A stretch of DNA of 64,000 bases from assembly GCA_964016885.1 (NCBI GenBank), contig OZ024741.1:154504001-154568000 (forward strand). Direction: 5' to 3'. This document shows, in pieces, positions 1-11,700 of this stretch. The DNA comes from Eledone cirrhosa. Its lineage: Eukaryota. Below the pieces are notes generated by a model. The model did no database searches and had not been told where the DNA came from. It saw only the letters and a program-made list of their open reading frames with translations. A program made the position numbers and the translations under genes. Position 1 is the first letter of the stretch, and each line of letters begins with the position of its first letter.

Positions 1-170
1 GAAGACCACGAAAAACATGGGCAGAGGTGGTGGGAGTGGACCTCAGATTGCTGAAGCTTATGGAGGAGATGACGAAGGACCGTGACAAGTGGAGAGATGC
101 TGTGCTGAATAGGACCCGTCCCACCCTTGCAAGCAGGAAAAAGCGGATGTAAAATGATGATGATGATGAT
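1..170 (+). mobile_element. RTE LINE 3' end fragment with (GAT)n tail
   Basis: Reads RRPRKTWAEVV...DRDKWR and ends cccttgcaagcaggaaaaagcggatgtaaaa(tga)n, like other RTE/SINE tails in the window. Confidence 0.65.
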
Positions 171-187
171 GCATATAAGGCAATAAA

Positions 188-335
188 TTGGCAGAGTTGT
201 TAGAACAATGGATAGAATGCTTTGCAGTATTTTTTCCAGTTCTCTGCACTCTGAGTTCAAATCCTGCTGAGGTCAGCATTGTCTTACATACTTCCAAGAT
301 CAATAAAAAAGTACCAGTCCAGTACTGGGTCAATT
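188..335 (+). mobile_element. Old copy of tRNA-derived SINE family A
   Basis: tggcagagttgttaga A box, gagttcaaatcc B box, then aaaagtaccagt...tactggg as in the younger copy at 35894. Confidence 0.6.
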
Positions 336-589
336 TTTCCTCTCTATCACTCTCTTTCCTTACTTCAGAAGAAATTGGCCATATTAGATCTGGAGAGGGA
401 TGGGGTTCACTAGGCTTAAACAAAATGCCCAAGAAATGCTGTATGTCACTACAGCACCCCTGTGAGTCTATGAGGAGTTATGGCTCTATACATACATGCA
501 CAATACCCCCCCCCCCCATATATATATATAGTATGATTAGCAATAACATCACACCTAGCCAAGTAGAGACCACCATTAACACCAACTGG

Positions 590-1255
590 ACTAATATCTA
601 AAACTGCTGAAGCCTCCTTAGTAGATTAAAGAGTATCTTCATCACCATAAACAGTAAACTCCCCAACTTCTACCATCTCATCAAAACTCATAAAACAGGA
701 CCCATTGTTTCTGGCATAAACGGTCCTTTCTATAAAATCTGGCTTCTTTCCAGACTCCTCAAACCTCTCATTCACACTTTCCCCGGACATGGAGATATTT
801 CACAAGTAGTCAACAGACTAAAAGAACTTGACCCCACCACTTGGACAGAATAGATACCCTTTTAGTTTAGATGTAGATTACCTCAACACCTCTGTCCCCG
901 CCTCCCTGGCCATCGACTTAATTACTGATAACATTATCACCTCTACCGATCTCAATTGTTTTGGGCTCACTGCTGTTGACATCTGTCAACTGCTCCCTAT
1001 CGTCATGTGCAACCCTTTTTTCCAGTTTGAGGGCTCTGTATACAAACAAATCTCAGGACTTCCGATGGGGTTAAACCTCTCAGGCTTACTGGCCATCATG
1101 TACATGGACCAGTTGGAGAGCACAGTACTCACCACCTGCCGCTCTTCTTCTCCAGGAACGTGGATGACATCTTTGTGCTCACTTCATCATGTAAAGAAGC
1201 CGTCAAGACCTACAAAAGCTTTGAAAACATTGACGCATACATAAAATTTGACAGG
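590..1255 (+). mobile_element. Degraded Penelope-like RT fragment
   Basis: Frameshifted motifs PNFYHLIKTHK, PIVSGINGP, FSLDV..LNTSVP and YKQISGLPMG..LSGLLAIMYM (ORF 828-1244). Confidence 0.75.
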
Positions 1256-2337
1256 ATCCCTCTCTCTATATGTACAATATAAATATCATCATCATCATTT
1301 AATGTCTGTTCTCCCTGCTAGCAAGGGTTGGACAGGTCTACATGGACCTAGTCAGTATTGAAGCTGGGCAACTGATCTCCCAGACAGGCTGAGTGGTCTC
1401 TATCCTGCTTACATATGGTCATATCGAGTGCAAAGGAAAAATTATCATATCTTTGACCAAACTGAAGGGTTCTCCTAACTCCTTGTTTGGAAAGCTTTCT
1501 ACAGCTGGATGCCATTCCTGCCATGAACCAATTTACAGCTTGTACTCTGTGTATTTATTGTGTAGATCACCAACACTAGGGAGGCTGTCATGTCCTTGAC
1601 ACAACTAAAGGGTCCACTCAACCCTTTTAAGCATGGTTTCTATAGTAGGGTGCTTTTCCTGTTGCCAACCACCCTTACAGGGTGTACCTGGTGCATTTTT
1701 GTGGTGAGGGATGTGGTCAATATGCTTGGGGTGGGGGCATGAGGAAGAAATAGGTAGGGGTAAGGTTTTGGGATTAGCTGATTAGTGCATAGGGAAAGGA
1801 GATGTAGTGGTGAGGGGCATATGGTTGATAGAGATGGGGGGTGGGGGTGGGGGTGGGGGTAACAATTTATAACACTATTTTAGGTTGCATGGCGAGATTT
1901 AGATTACATTATCGCAAATTTTAAAAAGCCTGCCTTTCATCAGGTGTCAAATTTTAAAATGTGTGAATGAGATTTTGAAATCAGATCCCATGGGAAGAGA
2001 AGACATAAACAGAAAGTTTTCTTTTATTTTAAAAATCAAAGAGATATAACTTAGAAAATTACTGAATTGTCAAATCCAAAAAAGAAAAGAAAAGAAATTA
2101 TAACTTATAGTACTAGGTGTGTACTTAGATGGATTGAGGATTAATACAATTTGGTGCTGTGTGTGTGTGAGTATGTGTATATGTTTTAGTGATCATGAGC
2201 ATGCCTGGTCACTTATCAATGTGACATTATGAGTGTGGAGAAAGAGAGAGAAAGGCATACTGAAGAGAAATAGCATTGTCTGTGAAGGCTATATGTCATG
2301 ATCGGGGAGGGGCTGATTTTTTCATAAGGAGAGCAAG

Positions 2338-2790
2338 TATTGGGTTGGTCAAAAAGTCCATTCAGTTTTCTTAGGGAAAATGAGAGTTTTAAACCCAAAG
2401 TAATTTATTCAATCAATGATATATTTGCCATTTTGTTCCAGTACCTTCTACCATCTAGGTAGATGCACTATTCCCTGTTCAAAGAATTTCCAGTCTTTAT
2501 TGGTGAAGAACCTTTACATTCTAAAGAATTGAAAGTCTGTCCATTCAAAGAATTTTGAAGAGATCAAACAGGAGGAAATCTGAAGGTGCAAGGTCAGGGG
2601 AATATAGAGAGTGAGGCAAAACTTCCCAGTCAAGCCCCAGTAACTTCTGCCATGTCAGCAAGGAAGTGTGTGATCTGCCATTGTCTTGATGAAAGTCAAT
2701 ACCCTTTCGATTAGCAAGTTCTGGATGCTTCTGGCAGATTGCTGCATTTAATTTATCCAGGTGTTCACAGTACACATCCGACTTAATATT
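2338..2790 (-). mobile_element. mariner (DD34D-type) transposase 3' fragment with TIR
   Basis: FHQDNGRSHT...WEVLPHSLYSPDLAPSDF; ends in mariner-like terminus tattgggttggtcaaaaagt at 2338. Confidence 0.85.
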
Positions 2791-2859
2791 ACAACTTTTT
2801 ATCCTGCAAGAGCATTCTGGTTTGCAAAATGTGCCCGGAATAGAAAGACAGAGGTATTC

Positions 2860-4270
2860 CCCATATAATAAAACAGAGAATTCTGGAAAAGTTGAGACCA
2901 TATACCAATGGTTCAAAGAGAACAATACCTAATAGCGCAGAGAGAAGATAGGCACCAGGTATACCTAGCAAGGGGAGAAGCAGAAAAGAAGTTTATGCAA
3001 CCTGAGGATCAGAGGCATGAAGTGTTCTGAATTGCAAGAGAAAGCCATAATGTGGTTGGAGAAAAGTGTATCCAAAATGATAGTGGAGCACTTTCTCTGA
3101 CTGATGCCAAAAAGAAACAGGCATAGAAATCCTATTATGAGAGACTGATGAATGAAGAGAATAAATACAAGAGTAGGACCTCCCTCATGTAGCCATAAAA
3201 GTCAACAGCAATGTGATAGATATAGCAATTAAAAATATAAAGTTAAGAAGGCATCCAAACCATCTGGCATATTAGTTGAGATGCTGTAAACATCTGGCAT
3301 GGTGAGTAACAGGGTGGTCAAACACATAATTAATCATACCTGATGACTGGCAAAGCATTATCACTGTAAACTGTTAGAAGGGCAAAGGAAATGCACTAGA
3401 GAGAGGTAAATACAGAGGCATGAAGTTGATGGACCACGTCATGATGGTTATTGAAAGGGTTATAGCATAACTAATTAGAGACAGATATGGAAGAAAAATC
3501 TAGAAAAGCCTAAAAGTAAACTTAGTAAAGACAAAGATCCTGATAAGTAGGAAGGAGGATAGGAAGCTGTTATCATCAAGGAAATAGCTTTGCTTATGTG
3601 TTGAAAATGAATGGGCAGAAACTCAGTTAGGGGCACACAGTGTAACCTATGGACATACAAGGAATGTAGTGTGATTACAGGCAGGCTAAGAGAAAAGATA
3701 GATTTTATGTGTGGTAGAAGCATCCAGAGCTTTTGTTAACTAGGTAATCTAATCAGCATTGGGAGAGAATGCTCTGAAAGCATGGTAGCCAGTGTAAAAA
3801 CAGGATGGAAAAAGTTTAGGGAACTAGTGCCTCTGCTTATAATAAGGGGCTTCTCTCTAAGAATGAAGGTTAAACTGTAAGATGTCAGCATGCCAATTGC
3901 TATGATACATGGCAGTGAAACATAGGCCTTGATTGCAGATCTGAAAAGGCTAAAAAAAAATGAAGTCAGTATACTCCACTGGATGTGTCATGTTAGTGTG
4001 CATGAAGGACATAGCATAAGTGAGGTGAGAAAAAAACATAGACGAAGAGGAATTAGATGTTGTGTGTGAGAGAGAATAGTGCATTAGTATGGACAAGTGA
4101 TGCATATGGAAGATGACAGCTGTATAAAGAAATGCAGATAAATCTTAGTGGCTGTAACCCTTAGTAAAGGCAGATCAAGGAAGACCTTGAAACTCATAAC
4201 AGAGATGACAAAGGACCATGAGGGCTGGTGCTATGCTGTGCTGGTGAAAATCCATCTACCAGCATAGAAT
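2860..4270 (+). mobile_element. Highly degraded RTE LINE
   Basis: Colinear with the 11701-13606 element (YRGMKLMDHVM, GWKKFREL, HGSET, RSRKT) with many stops. Confidence 0.8.
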
Positions 4271-4901
4271 TTGACATTACTCATCTCCATGCCTTCCTCT
4301 CCACCTGCACTCCCTAGTAGCTATCCTCTCCACCACTGCACACCCTAATCCATCCATGCTCCCTCCATTATCATTCTTTAGCTAAACCCCCAGTTAAAGT
4401 CCTTAGATATCCCCACTATCACAACTTACTAGCTACTCTCTCCATCCATGTGCTCAACCATCCCACCCATGCCCACGCCAATACCACTCCTTAGCTATAA
4501 TCTCCATCACCAGACCTCCCCAAATCCTGACACACAAGTGAGAATCTCCCTTCACACTATCGACTACACCATCCATGCCACAACTGCTATCATCACTTAG
4601 ACATTCTCACCATCACATGCCCCACTAAAAATTCTGACACACCCGTGACTACTCATTCTATACTATTGAAGGTCACCTCTTCCCTCCTACTCATCACCCA
4701 GTCAAATCCCACCACATTTGCCATACATCCATAACGTAATACTTATCTTCCTTCTCCCCATCCCCTCACAGAGCAAAGAGGGCTCATCAGTCGAGACACT
4801 AACTGGCAACCTCATAAATATATATATATATAATAGTAATAGGTATAGTACCAGGAAAAACAGGAATGACTAGGCAAGAAGGAAAAAAATTATTTAGAGT
4901 T

Positions 4902-5002
4902 CTTAACATATGTTTCTCTACAATATCAGTCTACAAGCACTGACTGCATAGTCCCATGCTAAATTGCAAGCATTACATAAAAATATTGCACTTCATCAGA
5001 AA
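4902..5002 (-). ncRNA. Type I hammerhead motif with extended stem II
   Basis: Minus strand: ttt-CTGATGA-ag-TGCAATAT-(insert)-ATATTGTA-ga-GAAA-CATATG-TT-aag; palindromic stem III, GUU site. Confidence 0.6.
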
Positions 5003-5293
5003 GAGTTGAATGTTTATAGTTCGAGGTGAGGTTGCTGCATTTTACAATAATAATCTCTTACTGCTACCTACTTGGCATACATATAAAGTCAGTATGGAGA
5101 GGTAACAGAATTGGTAGGTGAGAGTAATAAGCCAATAATAAGAGGCAAAAATGAGTAAAAATAAGCAAAAATATGAAAAAATAAAAGTAAATATAAGTGA
5201 GGATAAACAGAAACAAAAACAAAAATAATAAATTAAAAGGGTATATACACACACATACACGCACACACATATATATAAATAAATATGTATATA

Positions 5294-6565
5294 CAGGGTG
5301 CGGACGATATTGTTCGCAAGATTACTGTCTAGGAAAAAAATAACACAGTAGTTTTATTTTTTAAGATATATTTATCAAACTTGGGTCAGTTTGTCTTCAT
5401 GACTTGTTCTTTCGATCTCACTCGATAAACCCACCATTGGCTTTGATGACGGCCTCAAGGCGGCCTCGGAACCGGCTACAGGCCTTCGTCACTGTCCCCC
5501 GACTTAGGCCTCTAAAGGCACTTGTGATCCTAGCCTTCAGATTGTCTTTCGTATTGCAGCTAGATCTGTTGGTGTCTCGTTCCACTGCGCCCCACACAAA
5601 AAAGTCGAGGGGGTTGCAGTCAGGCGAGCTGGGAGGCCAGATGTCAGGTGAAGTGTGGTTGACGAAGTTCTCTGACAGCCAGGCTTAGGTCTTTCGGCTC
5701 GTATGGCAGGGCGCTGAGTCTTGCTGCCACTCGTACGGCCTACCTGCAGCTACCTGGTTGATCCAGGGCTTTACTACCTCATTCAGAACGCGGATGTAGC
5801 CATCGGTGTTCAGCTTGAGGCCCTCAGGGAAGAAGTGAGGTGGCATGACATCACCTTGACTGCTGACGACACCCAAGACCAATGTTGTCACTGGAAACTT
5901 TGTCTGAGCACGTCTTTGGATGAGACAGCGAGCCACCTGTTGTTCTGGGAGTTGATCTTCTGGTCTTGGCAGAAGTTTTTCTCGTCGGAGAAAAACCACA
6001 GCATGTCTGGTTCCAGTGGGTGTTTCAAATTGTTGATCAGCTTCTTTGCGTGCTTCAGTCGCTTTTCTTGCATCGCCTTTGACAGAAATTGTCCTTTCAT
6101 CATCTTGTATGAAACGTAGCGAATGTCTTCATGTACCACCAGCCTAAGCTTTTCATCCACGCCTTTCTCCCTTGCAATGGCATGCATCAACTTGCTAGGT
6201 TCATTGTTGATGGTATCCTGAATTTCAGCAACAAACTCGGGTGTTCTGAAGGCGTCAGATCGTCGATCATGTGTTTTCCTCTCTGATGTTGCTTTGTAGT
6301 CGAATCCTGAATCTTCCAATTCCTTTCTGACCTTTTCCACCATTCTCCTGCTGACACTGAGAAAGTCTGAAATTTCCTTATTTGTCCTCCCGGCATGGAT
6401 TCCAAGAAATTTGGAGGTTCAAAATTATTCATAATCGATTATTCTGAAAATAAATAATGGAAATATAGTCACTGTTTTTATGAAGACAAGAGTGACAACG
6501 GAAGTAAACAAAATTTGCATAAAATTAGCAGTTGAAAATTGCGAACAAATATCGTCCACACCCTG
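5294..6565 (-). mobile_element. Full-length Tc1/mariner-superfamily transposon, DD37D (maT family), disabled transposase
   Basis: TIRs cagggtgcggacgatat-tgttcgcaa / ttgcgaacaaatatcgtccacaccctg flanked by TA; FSDEKNF; QQD to NPLD spacing counted as 37 residues; in-frame stop and frameshifts. Confidence 0.92.
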
Positions 6566-6578
6566 TATATATATATAT

Positions 6579-6927
6579 GGAGGCACATGGCTTAGTGGTT
6601 AGAGCATTGGCCTTGCAATCGAAAGGTTGTGAGTTCAATTCTCAGACCGGGTAATGTGTTGTTTCCTTGAGCAAGACACTTTATTTCACATTGCTCCAGT
6701 TTACTCAGCTGTAGAAATGAGATGATAGAGACTGGGGTCCATATCATTCCACTGCAAAGTGGTCGTGGAGGTGCCACGTCAAAAAAGCACCCAGCACTCA
6801 CTGTAAATGAGGTTGGTGTTAGGAAGGGCATTCAGCTGTAGAAATCAAGCCAGAATCAGTTCCCATCCCTCCCTTGCAAGCAGGGAAAAAGTGGACATAA
6901 AATGGAATGATGATGAATGATGATGAT
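6579..6927 (+). mobile_element. tRNA-derived SINE family B, full length, RTE-type tail
   Basis: tggcttagtggttagagc A box, gagttcaattctc B box, central tccttgagcaagacacttta; 3' part matches RTE 3' UTR at ~13413-13491; (GAT)n tail. Confidence 0.9.
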
Positions 6928-7284
6928 ATATATATACACACACATATATACACACATATACACATACACATACACACATATAAAGAAAGGGATGTTGAAG
7001 ACTAAGCAATATTGAGAACAGAGTTGAAATACGATTAAGTTAGTAAGTGGGAAGGGAGGTAAGAATCTATGCGGCCAGTGAATGAAGAAAGAGGGGGGGG
7101 GGGAGGAATACCACTGGTCAGAACCTACTTAATTTATGCACTGTGTATAAGGAGAGAAGCACATTTTGGCAATGGCGACCAGAATAGATAAAAAGTAGTT
7201 GAAAGGTAATAAATTATCTTAGGGGCTGAATATTAAAAAATATCAAACAGGGGAATCTAGTAAGATGCTGTCAGGCTTCACTGA

Positions 7285-7860
7285 AATAGGTGGAGAAGTT
7301 CAAGTATCTCAGGGCCATGTTCATGAGTGATGGAAGGCAGGAGGCTGAATTAAGTGCAAGAATTGCAAGAGCTGGTGCAGTAATGCACAAGCTTCAGCAT
7401 TCAGTCATCAGAAGAAGGGAGGTAGGTGTAAAATCCAAACTCACTATCTTCAAATTGGTATTCATGCCAACCTTTACCTAAGGTTATTAGTCTTAGGTAA
7501 TAACTGAATACGGTCGCAAATAGAAGAGGCTGAAATGGGGTTCCTCTGGAGGGTCTGTGGAGTAACATTACACAATAGAATATGTAGCTTGGAGATCAGT
7601 TAGTTGCTCCAAGTAGAGCTGCTACTTTTCAGAATTGAGAGATCACAGCTCTGATATAATGGACATGTGGTCAGAATATCTCAGGAAAGAATCACTAGAC
7701 AGATCCTATGGTAGGAGACCAAGACGCAGACCTTGAGTAAGATGGTTGGATAACATTCATTAGCTTGGTTAAACCAATTGGAGATAGTTACTTCTGACTG
7801 GACCCATTGGAAGATGTGCTTCAGGAATCTGCACCTACGACCCTCCCAGGTATAAGTGGG
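7285..7860 (+). mobile_element. Degraded RTE-clade LINE C-terminal fragment (second family)
   Basis: EKFKYL..MFMSDGRQEAELSARIARA, KLTIFKLVFMPT, EAEMGFLWRV, GRPRRR. Confidence 0.7.
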
Positions 7861-7879
7861 CAAAGAAGACTATATATAT

Positions 7880-8819
7880 ATAGACTGTATGATGCATGCA
7901 TACAAACAGCAATGTTACATGGTAGTGAGACCTGGGCGCTGTGTGCAGAAGACTTGTGTAGGTTGGAAAGAAAGGAAGCTTGCATGCTCCAATGGATGTG
8001 TAATAGTAATACACGTGAACGGCAGAGAGAGAGACTAGGCATAAGAGGAATCAAATGCTATGTGCAGGAGAGGAGATTGCATTGGTATGGCCATGTGATG
8101 CATATGAAGGATGACAGCTGCATAAAAAGTGCAGAGCGCTCAAAATTGATGGAAGTCTTGGAGTGGGGAGATCCAGGAAGACTTGGGATGAAGTGATAAA
8201 AGCTGACATTACTTAATTGCACCTCTCAAAGGTGGTGACACAGGACTGAGATCTCTGGTGTTATGCAGTAATACAGAAGACCTGACTTCCCATTGGTACA
8301 GGTCGAAACTGGAGCATGCATACAGTATGCTCCACCCCGCCCTCCTATACATCTCCCGCGATGGCCGTATGAAGTATACATCCAGTGAAGTCCTTAGCCC
8401 ACACTGTAAAGTGGTCATGAAGGTGATACGGCAAAAAGTGCCCAGCCCACATTGTAAAGCAGTCGTCTAGGTGTCATAACAAAAAGCACCCATTCCACCT
8501 TGTCAAATGGTCATGTTGGTGACATGACAAAAAGCACCCAGTCTACACTGTAAAATGGTCATGTTGGTGACATGACAAAAAGCACCCAGTCTACACTGTA
8601 AAATGGTCATGTTGGTGACATGACAAAAAGCACCCAGTACTCACTGTTTATGAGGTTGGTGTTAGGGAGGGCACCCAGCTGTAGAAACCAAGCCAAAATC
8701 AGTTCTGTACATGCAAGACATGGTCACCTGACCTAGCATTGCCCACAACAGGACAACTCGTCTAACCCATGCTAGCGTGGAAAAATTGACGTAAAACGGT
8801 GATGATGATGAGGATGATG

Positions 8820-8822
<3 letters not shown>
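7880..8822 (+). mobile_element. 5'-truncated RTE LINE with 3' UTR
   Basis: RLYDACIQTAMLHGSETWAL...RLHWYGHV, near-identical to 12863-13606; 48-bp tandem expansion at ~8495-8640. Confidence 0.9.
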
Positions 8823-8855
<33 letters not shown>

Positions 8856-8987
8856 GATAAATCTACCAAGAGTTTACGGTAGTGTCCAATCCGTATGAAG
8901 AACTCAATGTATTCCGGATATCATGGAAAGAAGAGATGTAATGAAAAACCACTTTCGGTGAAAGATAAACGGTATACAGAGTCAAGA

Positions 8988-9142
8988 TAAAATATTAAAC
9001 AAATAATGAATAAACAATTCCTTATATTAAACAAAAAAAGTTCATGCATACCAATTATAACACATATATACCCTAGAAACGATCGTTAAATAATGAACTT
9101 TTTTTGTTTAATATAAGGAATTGTTTATTCATTATTTGTTTA

Positions 9143-9150
<8 letters not shown>
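8988..9150. repeat. Inverted repeat (~58-bp arms) with hammerhead 3' half in the spacer
   Basis: Arms 8988-9045 and 9093-9150; spacer contains GAAA-CGATCG-TT. Confidence 0.75.
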
Positions 9151-9194
<44 letters not shown>

Positions 9195-10679
9195 TTACAA
9201 AGGACCGCATGGATTGGTGACATGTTATTCAGGTGAAAAGCCACCTACTGACCCATCCATGCACCTCCCTTCCACTATCACTCCTTAGTAGCTATCCCTA
9301 ACATCATTGCATATCCTATTCACCCCATTTCAACTCTCACCATTTAGTAATTATTCTCACTGTCATTGTACAGTCCCTACCCCCACCCAGAGAGAGAGAG
9401 AGGTAGAGAGATAGGGGAGAAATTGACTATAGTACTTGACTAGTATTTTCAACCCCCAGGAGAATGAAAGGCAAAGTTGGTCTTGGCAGGGTTTTGAACC
9501 TAGAGCACAGAGAGCTGGAAGGAATACCGCTAAGCATTCTATCTAATGCCCTAATGATTGCCAATTCACAACCTAAATCTCATGTACACTGTATCTTATT
9601 ATTTATATTAAGTCTTGTATTTTCTTGCTTGCTGGGTCAGTTGTATATCTGTGAGTAACATGTGTTAGGCCTTCTGTCTGTTCCAACGATGTACACACAC
9701 CTGTACATGTAACATAATTCTCAGGAAGATGCACCATGCTATACTGTGAAACAAAGCTGTCTCTTTGAATTACAGGTACAATATATCTAGTATTGCAGTG
9801 TAAGTGGCTGGGTATTCCATAGAGGCCTATACTATTAATGTAGTTCTCAGGAAACAGATTTGATTTATAGATATAACTAATTTCTCACCTGCTGAGTGGA
9901 GTGGAGTAACATGAAATAAAGTATCTTTCTCAATGACGTAAGGCACTACCAAGAATTGAACTTCTGACCTTGCCATTGTGTACTAAACATACTAACCTCT
10001 CAGCCATGCAACTTCACTGGTGAGTAACACACTACTGGGGCAAAGAAGTCAATGCTGTTTAGGTGATTATGTCGGAAAATTAATCAATATTTTTCACTGC
10101 TTCTTCTACATATCTCAAGATATCTCACCATTTATGCACATAGATAGAAACGTAAATAAGTACACCATTTACTGGGGCACAGGTGGGTGGGGGAGAAAAA
10201 CATTTTAGTAAATAAAATAAAATAATTACAAGAAAAAACAAAAAATAAAAGCAAAGTAAAATAAAACAAAAAATCCCTCAGACAGCGAATTCCATTTGCA
10301 TATTCCTGCAAAAAACACAACAAACTATACATGCATGTGTGTGTGTGTTTATATATATGTGTGTACATAGGTACACACACATGTATGTAGTATGTATGTA
10401 TCTTCTTCTGGTTTCATTATTTTATAAATTTTTACCTATAGAGAGAGTCAGTTTCTAATATAGACACAAGACAGTTTCATTGGAATTTAGATAATATTAT
10501 CTAGGTAAATATGTCTGCATATGTGCATGTGTGTTATGTGTTTGTGTATGTGTGTGCAAGTATGGATGTTATTGTATGTGTAGATCTGTATTCTTTGAGT
10601 TATATGTGTGCATGTGCATATGTTTTTGTGTCAGTACATGTGTATATGTAGTTGTTACATGCAGAATTTTTGAAATATT

Positions 10680-11675
10680 TTACATATTTCTATAGTTCCA
10701 TTAATGGAAGCCCAGCTTCTCAAAAATTGTATTGAGGCAGTTATTAACATATCCCAGTGCCCCGATAATCACAGGTAGAAATCTGAAAGTATAGTCAGGG
10801 TTGAGTATCTGCAGATTTCTCATTAGTTCTGCATAGATATTCTCCTTTTGACTGATCTTTAATATTATATTGGCATCTGCTGGGCAGCTAACTTCCGCTA
10901 CTGTGCATGCCGTCTTTTCTCTGTCCCATATCATTATATCTGGTCTGTTATGCTTGCATTTTATTGGGGTTTTGACTGGAATATTCCACCAGTACTCTGT
11001 CATATTATGTATATGTATTCCACATTGTTGTAGTGTTTAATATGTTTATTATCGGGGCTATCTTTTCTACGGATTGCATTGTACAGTGTTTTGGCCACTA
11101 CATCATACCTCATAGGTAGATAGTACCATAATGACATCTTTGGACAGCTGCTTAGGACATAGGTGACATCTTCAATGTTAATGCTGCAGAATTTGCATTT
11201 GTTGTCATATTTAGGTGTTTGCCTGCATCTCTATCTCTTTTGTAAATCAGGTATTTTGTATTGATTTCCTGTTCTTGGATTGTAAAAGCATATCCTTCAA
11301 AGTGAGAGCCAATATAGCAGTTGGTCCAAGATAGACTACTTTGCTTATCTATATTACTCTCACTTTGGAGCCTCCTGGCAACATATCCATGCATGACTTT
11401 TTGGTGATAAGCATGTAGTTTTTCATCTATGGATTCACTGCGGTATTGCTAAGCAATTTCCCTGGGTGTGAGTTTTTGATTATCATGCAGGGAGTATTTT
11501 TCAAGGAATTCCTTCCCAACTCTCATAAATTTATCTGTCTCATATAAACAGACTTGTTCAATAAATGGGCTCTTACGCTTGGTGGTTTGTAAATGTTGTT
11601 GGAGTATATGATGTAACATTCAAATGCTGTCTGGACTGATGTTAGACCTCTGCCTTCCTGCTTATGTTTCAATAT
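10680..11675 (-). mobile_element. RLE-type non-LTR retrotransposon C-terminal fragment (R4/NeSL-like)
   Basis: IQEQEINTKYL, CKFC, YWWNIPV...HNRPDIMIWDR...AEVSCP...K...Y...IIGALG restriction-like endonuclease motifs. Confidence 0.85.
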
Positions 11676-11700
11676 TACCATACATATATATACATATTTA

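Noticed and set aside
1903-1946. Minus-strand CTGATGA..GCAGG/TTTGC..GATA hammerhead-like string
   Set aside because: GAAA is broken and stem I does not pair; too degenerate to call
6579-6650. tRNA gene-like sequence (also 23410-23481 and SINE-A heads)
   Set aside because: A/B boxes continue into SINE bodies and tails; these are SINE heads, not tRNA genes
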